From an uncultured Verrucomicrobiota bacterium (GTDB taxonomy: Bacteria > Verrucomicrobiota > Verrucomicrobiia > Limisphaerales > J093), in contig CAYYMW010000001.1 in NCBI GenBank assembly GCA_964472515.1, forward strand, positions 33,528 to 97,527: DNA of 64,000 nucleotides, read 5' to 3'. Each line of letters begins with the position of its first letter. Position 1 is the stretch's first letter. Shown here in pieces: positions 16,439-25,500 of this stretch. The notes under the pieces were generated by a model. The model did not search any database and had not been told where the DNA came from. It saw nothing but the letters and a program-made list of their open reading frames with translations. The position numbers and the translations under genes were made by a program.

Positions 16439-17778
16439 TCCGGTTTCCATGCGGCAAGACAGATACCGCGAGCAAAGCGCAGTCCTCGCAGCTCGTGCGG
16501 AATTGGCGGGCGTTCAGCTTCCTGGCCGTGATCGCCCTGGCGGCACTCTCGTTCTGGCAACCGGTCCGCCACTACGTGCTGACGGCGGGTATCCTTCGAT
16601 CCGACGCGCCTTCCGAATCCGCGCTGGCAGAGGCGGTCGAAGGCGCATCTGATCCAACTCAAGTCCTGCAATGTATCTGGCAAGCTGGCAGTCTCTCCGG
16701 ACGCGGTTTTGTGATCGGCTATTTGCAACGCAATCAGAAGCCCGATGCCTTGCTGGTCCGCCAAATGCAACCCGTGCTGGAGCAAGCTGCGTGGGATGCG
16801 GACCTCGACACACGGGAGGCTGCCTTCAGCGTGCTGGAGCAGCAGAAGAGCCCGTCATTGCGCCGCTGGTTGCGTCAGCAATTGAGTGACGCTGATCCGG
16901 CCGTGCGTGCCCTGGCGGTGCAGCACTTGTCACGCATTGCCAGCTCGAACGACGTGCCCGCAGTGGTCCGTCTGCTGGACGATCCTGATCCCAGAGTCGT
17001 GGCAGTCACCGGCACGCTCTTGAAGCGGGTTACAGGGCAAGATTTCGGTCTCAAAGCCACACAGGCGTTGCCCAAATTCGCCTGGCCGCTCTCGACACCT
17101 CCCGTCCCCGTGGACTGGGCGGGACTCAACCGTGGACGCGATGCCTGGCGGGAATGGTGGGCGGAGCACCAAGCCTGCTTCCCGTCCGAAGAGCACCCGG
17201 CCGAGTCAGCGCCTCACTTCTTCGCACGTCCGACGCCCGACTTTGCATTGGAGGACTTCGATGGAAGGCGTGTGCGGTTGACCGATTTTCGCGGCAAGGT
17301 AGTGCTCGTCAGTTTCTGGAATCTCACCAACGATCTCAGCACGGTAGATGAACCGGCTTTCCGCGCCTTGCTGCAAAATCGCGGCAACGATCTTGCCGTC
17401 CTCAGCATCGCCATAGACCCGGCCGTGTGGCCCGAGGAAAGTTGCGGTGACCATGGTGGCGGACACGGCGACGAACATGGGGATGCCCACGAACCCGCAC
17501 AGTCACATTGCCACAAAGCGCGGATGGACCTGGCCGGGACGAGAGCCGCAGCGCGTGCGCTCGCCGCGCGTCTGGCGGTGCGCCATCCGGTGCTCGTGGA
17601 TACGACCGCCGCGCTTGCACTCCGATATGCCGTCAACGATTTGCCCGCCTATGTGCTTCTGGACGCTCAAGGCAATTTGCGCCGCCGTGTGATTGGCAGC
17701 CGGACGGAAGCCACGTTTCGCGCGATGGTGGATAAGGTCGCGCCGACGGTTTTCCTGCCGACGTCAGGCAGGAACTGA
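16435..17778 (+). CDS. HEAT-repeat / thioredoxin-fold (TlpA-like) protein lacking the CxxC active site
   Basis: 447 aa with an N-terminal TM segment. HEAT-like 'DPAVRALAVQHL...LLDDPDPRVVAV'. Redoxin-like 'GKVVLVSFWNLTNDLS' sits where WCxxC is expected. His-rich insert 'CGDHGGGHGDEHGDAHEPAQSHCH'. Confidence 0.65.
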   Translation: MIRFPCGKTDTASKAQSSQLVRNWRAFSFLAVIALAALSFWQPVRHYVLTAGILRSDAPSESALAEAVEGASDPTQVLQCIWQAGSLSGRGFVIGYLQRNQKPDALLVRQMQPVLEQAAWDADLDTREAAFSVLEQQKSPSLRRWLRQQLSDADPAVRALAVQHLSRIASSNDVPAVVRLLDDPDPRVVAVTGTLLKRVTGQDFGLKATQALPKFAWPLSTPPVPVDWAGLNRGRDAWREWWAEHQACFPSEEHPAESAPHFFARPTPDFALEDFDGRRVRLTDFRGKVVLVSFWNLTNDLSTVDEPAFRALLQNRGNDLAVLSIAIDPAVWPEESCGDHGGGHGDEHGDAHEPAQSHCHKARMDLAGTRAAARALAARLAVRHPVLVDTTAALALRYAVNDLPAYVLLDAQGNLRRRVIGSRTEATFRAMVDKVAPTVFLPTSGRN

Positions 17779-17789
17779 AAAAGATTCTC

Positions 17790-17817
17790 TGAGGGTTTTC
17801 CCCCGCTGCGGAGTAAG
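17790..17817 (+). promoter_or_regulatory. ECF-type promoter copy C (TGAGGGTTTTC-N11-AGTAAG)
   Basis: Consensus -35 block, 112 nt upstream of small lipoprotein ORF 17929. Starts 12 nt after stop 17778. Confidence 0.55.
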
Positions 17818-17928
17818 CCCACTGTAGGGCGGAGCAACATCATCCCCCTGTGCTCTTCCGGCGGCTACGGTGGCCGTCCGTGGCGCACAACGACTCATTA
17901 CCAAAACAACGCAGAAAGAATCGAACGA

Positions 17929-18087
17929 ATGAACACCAGAAACATCTCGCGCAGTATCACCTTCGGTGCGGCGGCTGTCCTGATCGTCTTGGTCGGGTCG
18001 CTGTTCCTGGCCGGGTGCGCAAGTAGCGGTGACAGTGGCAGCGCTGGCAGCAGTTCCAGCCAGCCGAGCCAGCAGCACCACCACTGA
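17929..18087 (+). CDS. small lipoprotein with Ser/Gly-rich linker and C-terminal HHH (52 aa, below the ORF-track cutoff)
   Basis: Hand-translated as MNTRNISRSITFGAAAVLIVLVGSLFLAGCASSGDSGSAGSSSSQPSQQHHH. Lipobox 'LAGC'. Confidence 0.45.
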   Translation: MNTRNISRSITFGAAAVLIVLVGSLFLAGCASSGDSGSAGSSSSQPSQQHHH

Positions 18088-18123
18088 CGGCAAAGCGGTT
18101 GCGCAAACACAAGCGAGTCAGCC

Positions 18124-18435
18124 ATGAAGAAGCGAATCACCCACCAGCACGGCGCGGGCGCGAAAGCGCCGAGCGCTACTCGCTTTGAGTTGGTCTGCCC
18201 CGAAGCCCGCGCGGTTTTCCTGGCTGGCTCGTTCAATGACTGGCATCCCACCACATTCCCCATGATCGCCGGAGACGGTGGAAAATGGGTGAAAGAACTG
18301 GCCCTGCCGCCTGGCCGCTACGAATACCTGTTCGTGGTGGACGGTGTGTGGGTGGCGGATTCGGCCGCGTCGGAGTCTGTGCCCAATCCGCACGGGGGCG
18401 TGAACTCGGTCGTTGTCGCGTCGGCCACAACTTAG
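18124..18435 (+). CDS. stand-alone CBM48 / AMPK-beta-like domain protein (copy 2)
   Basis: 103 aa. 'VFLAGSFNDWHPTTFPMIAGDGGKWVKELALPPGRYEYLFVVDGVWVADS'. Basic N-terminus and no signal peptide. Confidence 0.75.
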   Translation: MKKRITHQHGAGAKAPSATRFELVCPEARAVFLAGSFNDWHPTTFPMIAGDGGKWVKELALPPGRYEYLFVVDGVWVADSAASESVPNPHGGVNSVVVASATT

Positions 18436-18453
18436 GGTGTTTGAACCAGCACC

Positions 18454-18954
18454 ATGAACCTCTCCTCGGAACATCTTCACGTCCTGCTCAACCACCTGCC
18501 CTTGGTGGGGCTGATGCTGGCAGCCGTGGTCTTGGTCGTTGCGCTCGCGCTCCGAAATCGTCCGACGATTGTTTTGGGCCTGGCCCTGGTTGGTCTGACG
18601 GCTGGGACAGCCTGGCCGGTGATCGAGTCCGGCCAAAGCAGCTATGTCCGGGTGCGGGAACTGGCCGACGAGGAAGGGAAGGCCCACTTGCGACACCACA
18701 TGGTGTTGGCGGAGCGCTGGGACAAGTTGTATTACGCAACGGCGGCGGTGGCTGTGCTGGGATTGCTGGCGGCATGGAAGTGGCCGCGCGGATTCCACGC
18801 GCTGGCTGTTCTGGCGGCACTACTCGCCGCGGCCAGCCTGGTGGCGGGCGCTGTCATTGCAGAAGCGGGTGGCAAGGTCCGGCATCCCGAGTTCCGCAGT
18901 GGCCCGCCTGCTCCGGAACATCACGAGGACGGCGATCACGACCACAGCCACTGA
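18454..18954 (+). CDS. polytopic membrane protein with His-rich C-terminus, family B
   Basis: 166 aa. 'LLNHLPLVGL', about 4 hydrophobic segments, 'GGKVRHPEFR', and tail 'PEHHEDGDHDHSH'. Paralog of the frameshifted 29336-29834. Confidence 0.65.
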   Translation: MNLSSEHLHVLLNHLPLVGLMLAAVVLVVALALRNRPTIVLGLALVGLTAGTAWPVIESGQSSYVRVRELADEEGKAHLRHHMVLAERWDKLYYATAAVAVLGLLAAWKWPRGFHALAVLAALLAAASLVAGAVIAEAGGKVRHPEFRSGPPAPEHHEDGDHDHSH

Positions 18955-18970
18955 CCGTCAAAATAAGGAG

Positions 18971-18998
18971 TTTAGTCCTTAAGCCGCTGTGGTATGAT
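18971..18998 (+). promoter_or_regulatory. possible sigma-70-type promoter (TTTAGT-16-TATGAT, TG-extended) before the cus-like operon
   Basis: AT-rich patch in the 91-nt gap before 19046. 'atgat-cct-atcat' forms a short inverted repeat over the -10. Confidence 0.25.
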
Positions 18999-19045
18999 CC
19001 TATCATCACCGGTGAATCACTATTTCCATGCAGTTCATCACAAAC

Positions 19046-20542
19046 ATGAGTAAGAGCAAATGGTATTGGCTCTTCGCCGGGGTCGGCACTGTTGCCGCAG
19101 CGATGCTATTTTCCGGCTGCAGGGGCCTCGCCGTTAAGGGCGAGAAGGAGGCGCGGCAGAAGGTCAAGGACGTCAGCGAGCAATACCGCCCGAAGGGCCA
19201 GAAGCCGGAACTGCCCGCTCTGACCAGCCAGTCCAGCCTCAGCAACTTCCTCACCTACGCGCTGCTGAATCAACCCAAGGTCGAGGCCTCGTACTTCGAC
19301 TGGGTCGCTTCAGTGGAGCGAATTACGGTGCAACGCTCCAAACCGGACCCGCAACTCACCTTCCAGATGGACATCCAGGACGTGGTCACCTCCCTCATGC
19401 CGGGCCTCATGATGAGCTTTCCGGGAATGGGCAAGCTCCGCGCCGCCGGAGCCGTCGCCGCGGCGGCCAGCCAGGGCGGTTACTTCACGTTCAGGGCAGC
19501 TTCACTCCAGAGCGCTTACGACGTGAAGCGGACTTACTACCGCCTCTATTTCCTGGATGAAAAAATTCGTGTCAACCGCGAAAACCTCGGCCTCCTGCAA
19601 GAGTTGGAGCGCCTGGCCCGCTCTCAAAATGAAGTCGGCAAGGCAACCTTGCAGGATGTCTTGCGCGCGCAAATCGAACAGGAACGCCTCAACAACGAGA
19701 TCGCCAACCTTGAGGATTCCCGCGCGCCCCTGCTGGCCCAGTGGCAGGCCGCTCTCGGCATCCAACCGAACGACCCGGCGCCTCCAGTCCCGACCCGCTT
19801 TGAATCCACCCCGCTCGACGTGGCGGCGGACAAGTGGCTGGAGCAGGCGCTGGCGGAGAACACTCGCCTCAAGGCTATGGCCGCCGACGTCCACGCCGCC
19901 GAGGCCGCCATCCGCCTCGCCTACAAGGCGCGCATGCCGGACACTAGCGTCGGTTTCATGGCCGACGCCAAGATGAGTCCGGTCCTCTACCGCCCGTGGG
20001 GCACCGTCAGCATCCCGTTGTGGCGCGACAAGCTCGCCGCCCAGGTGGCCGAGGCCCAGGCCAACAAGCGCGCGGGCGAGGCCCGCCTCACCGCGGAACA
20101 GATCGGCTTGGCCGTGGACGTCGCCGAACGCGCCTTTGTTTATCGCGAGACCACGCGCAATCTGAACGTCCTCCAGAAGACGTTGCTGCCCAAGCAGCGC
20201 CAGTCCCTGGAACTGGCCCGCTCGGCCTACCTCTCCGGGCAGGTGGACTTTCTGAATGTGACCGAAGCGGAGCAGACCTTGCTGAGATTCAACCTCGACG
20301 AAGTCGAGGCCCGCACGCAGCGGGAGCTGTCGCTCGCCGAGCTTTCCCTGATCATGCAGGGCATGCCCCCCTCCGGCGGAGGCGCCACGGGCATGGAAAT
20401 ATCCTCGCCGGGCATTGGCGCTGGCAAGAATATGGGCGGCGGGGCGTCCTCCAGCGGCATGGGTTCCAGCGGCGGCACCATGCTGCCCGGAAACTCCGCA
20501 CCGCCTCCGAAGAAGATGAACCAGGGAGGGATGAGCCAATGA
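19046..20542 (+). CDS. cusC: outer-membrane efflux lipoprotein (TolC/CusC family) with Met/Gly-rich tail
   Basis: Start at ATG 19046 gives the lipobox 'MLFSGC'. Two OEP-like repeats. C-terminal ~60 aa 'MQGMPPSGGGATGMEISSPG...GMGSSGGTM...NQGGMSQ'. Confidence 0.8.
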   Translation: MSKSKWYWLFAGVGTVAAAMLFSGCRGLAVKGEKEARQKVKDVSEQYRPKGQKPELPALTSQSSLSNFLTYALLNQPKVEASYFDWVASVERITVQRSKPDPQLTFQMDIQDVVTSLMPGLMMSFPGMGKLRAAGAVAAAASQGGYFTFRAASLQSAYDVKRTYYRLYFLDEKIRVNRENLGLLQELERLARSQNEVGKATLQDVLRAQIEQERLNNEIANLEDSRAPLLAQWQAALGIQPNDPAPPVPTRFESTPLDVAADKWLEQALAENTRLKAMAADVHAAEAAIRLAYKARMPDTSVGFMADAKMSPVLYRPWGTVSIPLWRDKLAAQVAEAQANKRAGEARLTAEQIGLAVDVAERAFVYRETTRNLNVLQKTLLPKQRQSLELARSAYLSGQVDFLNVTEAEQTLLRFNLDEVEARTQRELSLAELSLIMQGMPPSGGGATGMEISSPGIGAGKNMGGGASSSGMGSSGGTMLPGNSAPPPKKMNQGGMSQ

Positions 20543-22506
20543 GTGGGTTGAAGATTTTACCTATGAAGATTCGAATCCAAAGCGGCCGTGTGGCTGCATT
20601 TCTCGTGGCGTTGCTGCTGATCGGCGGCGGCGCGGGCGTGCTGTTGACCGGGTGCGGCGGCGATCACGGGACCGCCGGCCAGGCCAAGGCAGAGCAGCTT
20701 TACACCTGCGGCATGCATCCGCAGGTCATCCAGGACCATCCGGGCAACTGCCCCATCTGCGGCATGAAGCTCACGCCCGTGCGCAAGCAGGGCAGCGCGC
20801 CCGCGGCAACGCCCTCGGGCCAGCGCAAGGTGAAGTTCTACAAGTCCACGATGAATCCGGGCGAGACGAGCCCGGCGCCCGCCAAGGACAGCATGGGCAT
20901 GGATATGGTGCCGGTGTACGAAACAGAGGGCGGCGCGAGTGACTCCCAGATCATCAGCATTGAGCCCATGACGATGCAGGATATGAATATCCACACCGCC
21001 ACGGTCACGCGTGGCCCCTTGCGCCGTCTGGTGCGCACCGTCGGTGTGATTGATTACAACGAGGCCGGCCTCGCCGATGTCACCACCAAGTTCAAAGGCT
21101 GGGTCGAGAAGCTTTACGTGGACACCACCGGCCAGCAGGTTCATCGCGGTGAGCCGCTCTTCGAGATCTATTCCCCGGAGCTTTACAGCGCCCAGCGGGA
21201 ATATGTGCTCGCGCTGGAGGGCGCCAATTCCCCCGGCGGCGCCGCGCTCAAGGCCAGCGCCCGCACCAAGCTCAAGTTCTTCGACATTTCCGACGAGCAG
21301 ATCGCCGACCTCGAACGCACCCGCGAGCCCCGCAAGACGCTCCGCGTCGTCGCCCCGCAGGACGGTTTCGTGGTGGAGAAGCTGGTCGTGGAAGGCCAGA
21401 TGGCGGACGCCGGCATGAAACTCTACCGGCTGGCGGACCTCGGGCTGGTCTGGGCGCAGGCGCAGATCTACGAGCAGGATCTCGACTACCTGAAGCTGGG
21501 ACAGGAGGCGACGGTAACGCTTTCTTACCTGCCTGACCGCGAATTTCGGGGCCGAGTGACCTACATCTATCCGAGCGTGGATGAAAAGACCCGCACGGCG
21601 CGCGTCCGCATGGAGTTCCACAACCCCGGCTACTTCCTCAAGCCCGGCATGTTTGCCACCGTTCAGGTCCTCTCCGAACTCGCCCCTTCGGTCCTGCTGG
21701 TGCCCGACATGGCGATTCTGCGCAGCGGCGCGAAGAACACAGTGTTCCTCGCGCTGGAAGGCGGCCGGTTCGAGCCGCGCACCGTCGTGCTTGGACCGCA
21801 GGCCGAGAATGACACGTACCAGATTCTCAGCGGCTTGACCGAGGGCGAGCGCATAGTCACCTCCGGCCAGTTCCTCCTCGATTCCGAGAGCCAGCTCCGC
21901 CAGGCCATCCAAAAGATGAGCGGTCCCAAAGGCGCCGCAGCCGTTGCGACCGACGGCCATGAAGGTCACGGCACCATGGGAGTCACCGCGACAACCCCTC
22001 CGCCGCCAGCCATCGGCACCGCCGGCTCGCAAACTAACCTCTTCAAGTACATCTGCCCCATGCCCGAACACGTCTCCATCCAATACGACCACCCCGGCAA
22101 ATGTTCCATCTGCGGCATGGCCCTGGTCCCAGTCTCGGGCGCGGCCCTCCACAAGCTCCAACCCGGCGGCAAGCTGCTTTTCTACACCTGCCCCATGCCC
22201 GAGCACGCCGACGTTCACGAGACCAAACCCGGCAAGTGCCCCAAATGCGGCATGACTCTAATCCCGGTCATGGAAGCCCCGCCGGTCGCTCCCTCAACCC
22301 TCAACCCTCAACCCCCAACCACTCTGCTCTACACCTGCCCCATGGCGTCCGACGTGGACGTCGTCTCCGACAAGCCCGGCAAGTGCCCCAAGTGCGAAAT
22401 GGACCTCGTGCCGACCAGCACCGTGTCCCACGGCAAAATTGCGGAGGAGAACTGGCGCAAGCAGCATCCGCCCGGCGCGCCGCCGGCTCCCGAGCACCAA
22501 CACTGA
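20539..22506 (+). CDS. cusB: RND periplasmic adaptor (CusB-like) with four HMBD-type CxxC metal-binding modules
   Basis: Start at ATG 20539, with an ATGA overlap with cusC. N-terminal 'YTCGMHPQVIQDHPGNCPICGMKL' precedes the MFP core. C-terminal modules are 'YICPMPEH..PGKCSICGM', 'YTCPMPEH..PGKCPKCGM' and 'YTCPMASD..PGKCPKCEM'. Confidence 0.85.
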   Translation: MSGLKILPMKIRIQSGRVAAFLVALLLIGGGAGVLLTGCGGDHGTAGQAKAEQLYTCGMHPQVIQDHPGNCPICGMKLTPVRKQGSAPAATPSGQRKVKFYKSTMNPGETSPAPAKDSMGMDMVPVYETEGGASDSQIISIEPMTMQDMNIHTATVTRGPLRRLVRTVGVIDYNEAGLADVTTKFKGWVEKLYVDTTGQQVHRGEPLFEIYSPELYSAQREYVLALEGANSPGGAALKASARTKLKFFDISDEQIADLERTREPRKTLRVVAPQDGFVVEKLVVEGQMADAGMKLYRLADLGLVWAQAQIYEQDLDYLKLGQEATVTLSYLPDREFRGRVTYIYPSVDEKTRTARVRMEFHNPGYFLKPGMFATVQVLSELAPSVLLVPDMAILRSGAKNTVFLALEGGRFEPRTVVLGPQAENDTYQILSGLTEGERIVTSGQFLLDSESQLRQAIQKMSGPKGAAAVATDGHEGHGTMGVTATTPPPPAIGTAGSQTNLFKYICPMPEHVSIQYDHPGKCSICGMALVPVSGAALHKLQPGGKLLFYTCPMPEHADVHETKPGKCPKCGMTLIPVMEAPPVAPSTLNPQPPTTLLYTCPMASDVDVVSDKPGKCPKCEMDLVPTSTVSHGKIAEENWRKQHPPGAPPAPEHQH

Positions 22507-22521
22507 GCGCCAAGGACTACC

Positions 22522-25500
22522 ATGCTCAAAGGCATCATAGACTTCTCGCTCAAGAATCGGTTCATCGTCCTGCTGGGGACGCTGGCCCTGGTGCTGGGCG
22601 GGGTGTACGCGGTGAAGAACATCCCGCTGGACGCCATCCCTGACCTGTCCGACGTCCAGGTGATCGTTTACACCGAGTGGCCCGGCCAGGCACCGCAGAT
22701 TGTCCAGGACCAGGTGACCTATCCCCTCACCACCAAGATGCTCTCCGTCCCCAAGGCGAAGGTCGTCCGGGGCTATTCCTTCTACGGCTTCTCTTTCGTG
22801 TACGTCATTTTTGAGGACGGCACCGATCCCTATTGGGCGCGCACACGCGTGCTCGAATACCTCAGCGGCATGAGTGGCCGCTTGCCTGCCGGAGTCTCCC
22901 CCAGCCTCGGCCCGGACGCGACCGGCGTCGGCTGGGCCTTCATGTATTCCATCAATTCCACCAATCGCGACCTCGCCGAACTCCGCTCCATGCAGGACTG
23001 GTATCTGCGTTACCAACTGGCCGCCGTCGAAGGCGTCGCCGAGGTGGCCTCGATTGGCGGCTTCGTGCGCCAATACCAGGTGACCGTGGACCCAACCAAG
23101 CTCCGCGCCTACAACCTCTCCATCTCCGAAGTCGCGATGGCCGTGAAGCGCAGCAACGGCGAGGTCGGCGGTCGCTCCATTGAACTGGCGGAAAAGGAGT
23201 TCATCCTGCGCGTGCGCGGCTATGTCAACAAGCTGAACGACCTGCGCAAGGTCACCGTGGGCCTCGGCGACAAGGGAGTGCCGATTCTCCTGGGCCAGGT
23301 GGCGGACGTGCAGTTCGGCCCGGACATGCGCCGCGGCATCGCCGAACTCAACGGCCGGGGCGAAACTGTCGGCGGTGTCGTAGTCGTCCGCTATGGCGCC
23401 AACGCGCGCCAGGTCATCCTCGACGTCAAGAAGAAGCTCGATCAGGCCATGAAGGGCTTGCCCTCCGACGTGACCTATTCCATCGCCTACGACCGCAGCG
23501 CCCTCATCGAGCGCGCCGTCAAGACGCTGGAGGAGAAGCTCATCGAGGAAAGCATCGTCGTGGCGCTGGTGTGCCTCGCGTTTCTCATGCACCTCCGCAG
23601 CGCCTTCGTCGCCATTGTCATCCTCCCCATCGCCGTCCTCATCTCCTTCCTCGTCATGTTCGGCCAGGGCATCAGCTCCAACATCATGTCCCTCGGCGGT
23701 ATCGCCATCGCCATCGGCGCCATGGTGGATGCCGTCATCATCATGATCGAGAACGCCCATAAACACATGGAGCATGACCAGGGCAAGAAGCCCCATTGGG
23801 ACATCATCCGCGACGCGTCCGTCGAGGTCGGCCCGACGCTCTTCTACTCGCTGCTGGTCATCACCGTCTCGTTCTTCCCGATCTTCATGCTCACCGAGCA
23901 ATCCGGCCGCATGTTCAAGCCGCTCGCCTTCACCAAGACCTATTCCATGGGTGCGGCGGCCATCCTCTCCATCACTCTGGCCCCGATCCTCATGGGTTTC
24001 TTCATCCGCGGCAAAATTCCGGCCGAGGAGAAGAACCCGATCAACCGCTTCCTCATCTGGCTCTACCATCCGGTCATTGATTTTGTCATCAAGTGGCGCT
24101 GGGCGGTCGTCACGCTCGCCGCCGCGCTGATCGTCTGGGTCTTTTTCCCCTGGAACAAACTGGCGGCCCGGCTGCTGCCGGACGGTCCCGCCAAGGAGTG
24201 GGCCTTCAAGGTCGGCAAGATATTCCCCTACCAGAACCTCGGCTCGGAATTCATGCCGCCCCTCTACGAAGGCGACCTGCTCTACATGCCCACCACCTTC
24301 CCGGGCCTAGGTGTCACCGAGGCGCGGGCCATCCTCCAGCAGACCGACAAGATCATCAAGACGTTCCCGGAAGTGCACCACGTCTTCGGGAAAGTCGGCC
24401 GGGCCGAGACCGCCACCGACCCCGCGCCGATGGACATGATTGAAACCACCATCATGCTCAAGCCCGAGAAAGAATGGCCGGTCGTGGACATCAAGGACGC
24501 CGACGGCAAGGTCATCGCCCATCGCCGCCGCACGCCCGACGAGCTGAGCGACGCCATGAACGCCGCCATCCAGTTCCCCGGCCTCAACAACGCCTGGACC
24601 ATGCCGATCAAGACCCGGACCGACATGCTGGCCACCGGCATCAAAACCCCTGTCGGCATCAAGATCGCCGGCTCGGACCTGGCGGAGCTCGAACGCATCG
24701 CCTCCGAGGTCGAGGCCGTCGTCAAAACCGTCCCCGGCACCCTCAGCGCCTTTGCCGAGCGCACCATGGGCGGCAATTACATCGAGTTCAACATCGACCG
24801 CGATGCCATCTCCCGTTACGGACTCAACGTCGCCGACGTCCAGGACGTTCTTGAAGTCGCCCTCGGCGGCATGCCGCTCACCACCACGGTCGAAGGCCTC
24901 GAGCGCTACGGCGTGAACCTGCGCTATAGCCGTGACTTCCGCGAGAACCTGGGCGCCCTGCGCGAGATCGTTATCCCCACCCCCACCGGCGCGCAAATTC
25001 CTCTCGGCCAGGTCGCGAAAATCGAGACCGTTCGCGCCCCCATGGGCGTAAAGAGCGAAGGCGCCATCCCCAACGCCTGGATCTACGTGGACGTGAAGGG
25101 CATCGACGTCGGCACTTATGTGCAGATGGCCATGCGCGCCGTCAATGAGGCCGTCGCCAAGGGCGAGATCAAGCTCCCCAGCGGCTACAACATCTTCTGG
25201 AGCGGCGAATACGAATACATGCTCAAGGCCCAGCAGCGCCTCATGATCGTTGTGCCGCTCACCCTCCTCCTCATTATCCTGATCATTTACCTCAACACCC
25301 GCTCGGCCATCAAAACCGCGATTGTCATGCTCGCCGTCCCCTTCTCGCTCGTCGGCGCCATCGGCATCCTCGCCCTGCTTAACTACAACCTCAGTGTCGC
25401 CGTGTGGGTCGGCATCATCGCCCTGGCCGGGCTCGACGCCGAAACCGGCGTCGTCATGCTCTTGTACCTGGACCTCGCCTACGAGGACTGGAAGAAACGC

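Noticed and set aside
19996-20538. 181-aa N-terminal extension of the cusB ORF. Similar extensions are 35890-36087 for czcB, 47656-47751 for the third adaptor and 53639-53725 for czcD.
   Set aside because: The extensions overlap the upstream genes and are Arg/Gly/Pro-rich. The internal ATGs give proper signal peptides or lipoboxes.
22291-22311. Tandem heptamer ccctcaa x3 (reverse complement contains TGAGGG)
   Set aside because: It lies inside cusB, in frame (21 nt), and encodes a Pro-rich linker between HMBD modules. It has no -10 partner and is not a CRISPR or regulatory repeat.
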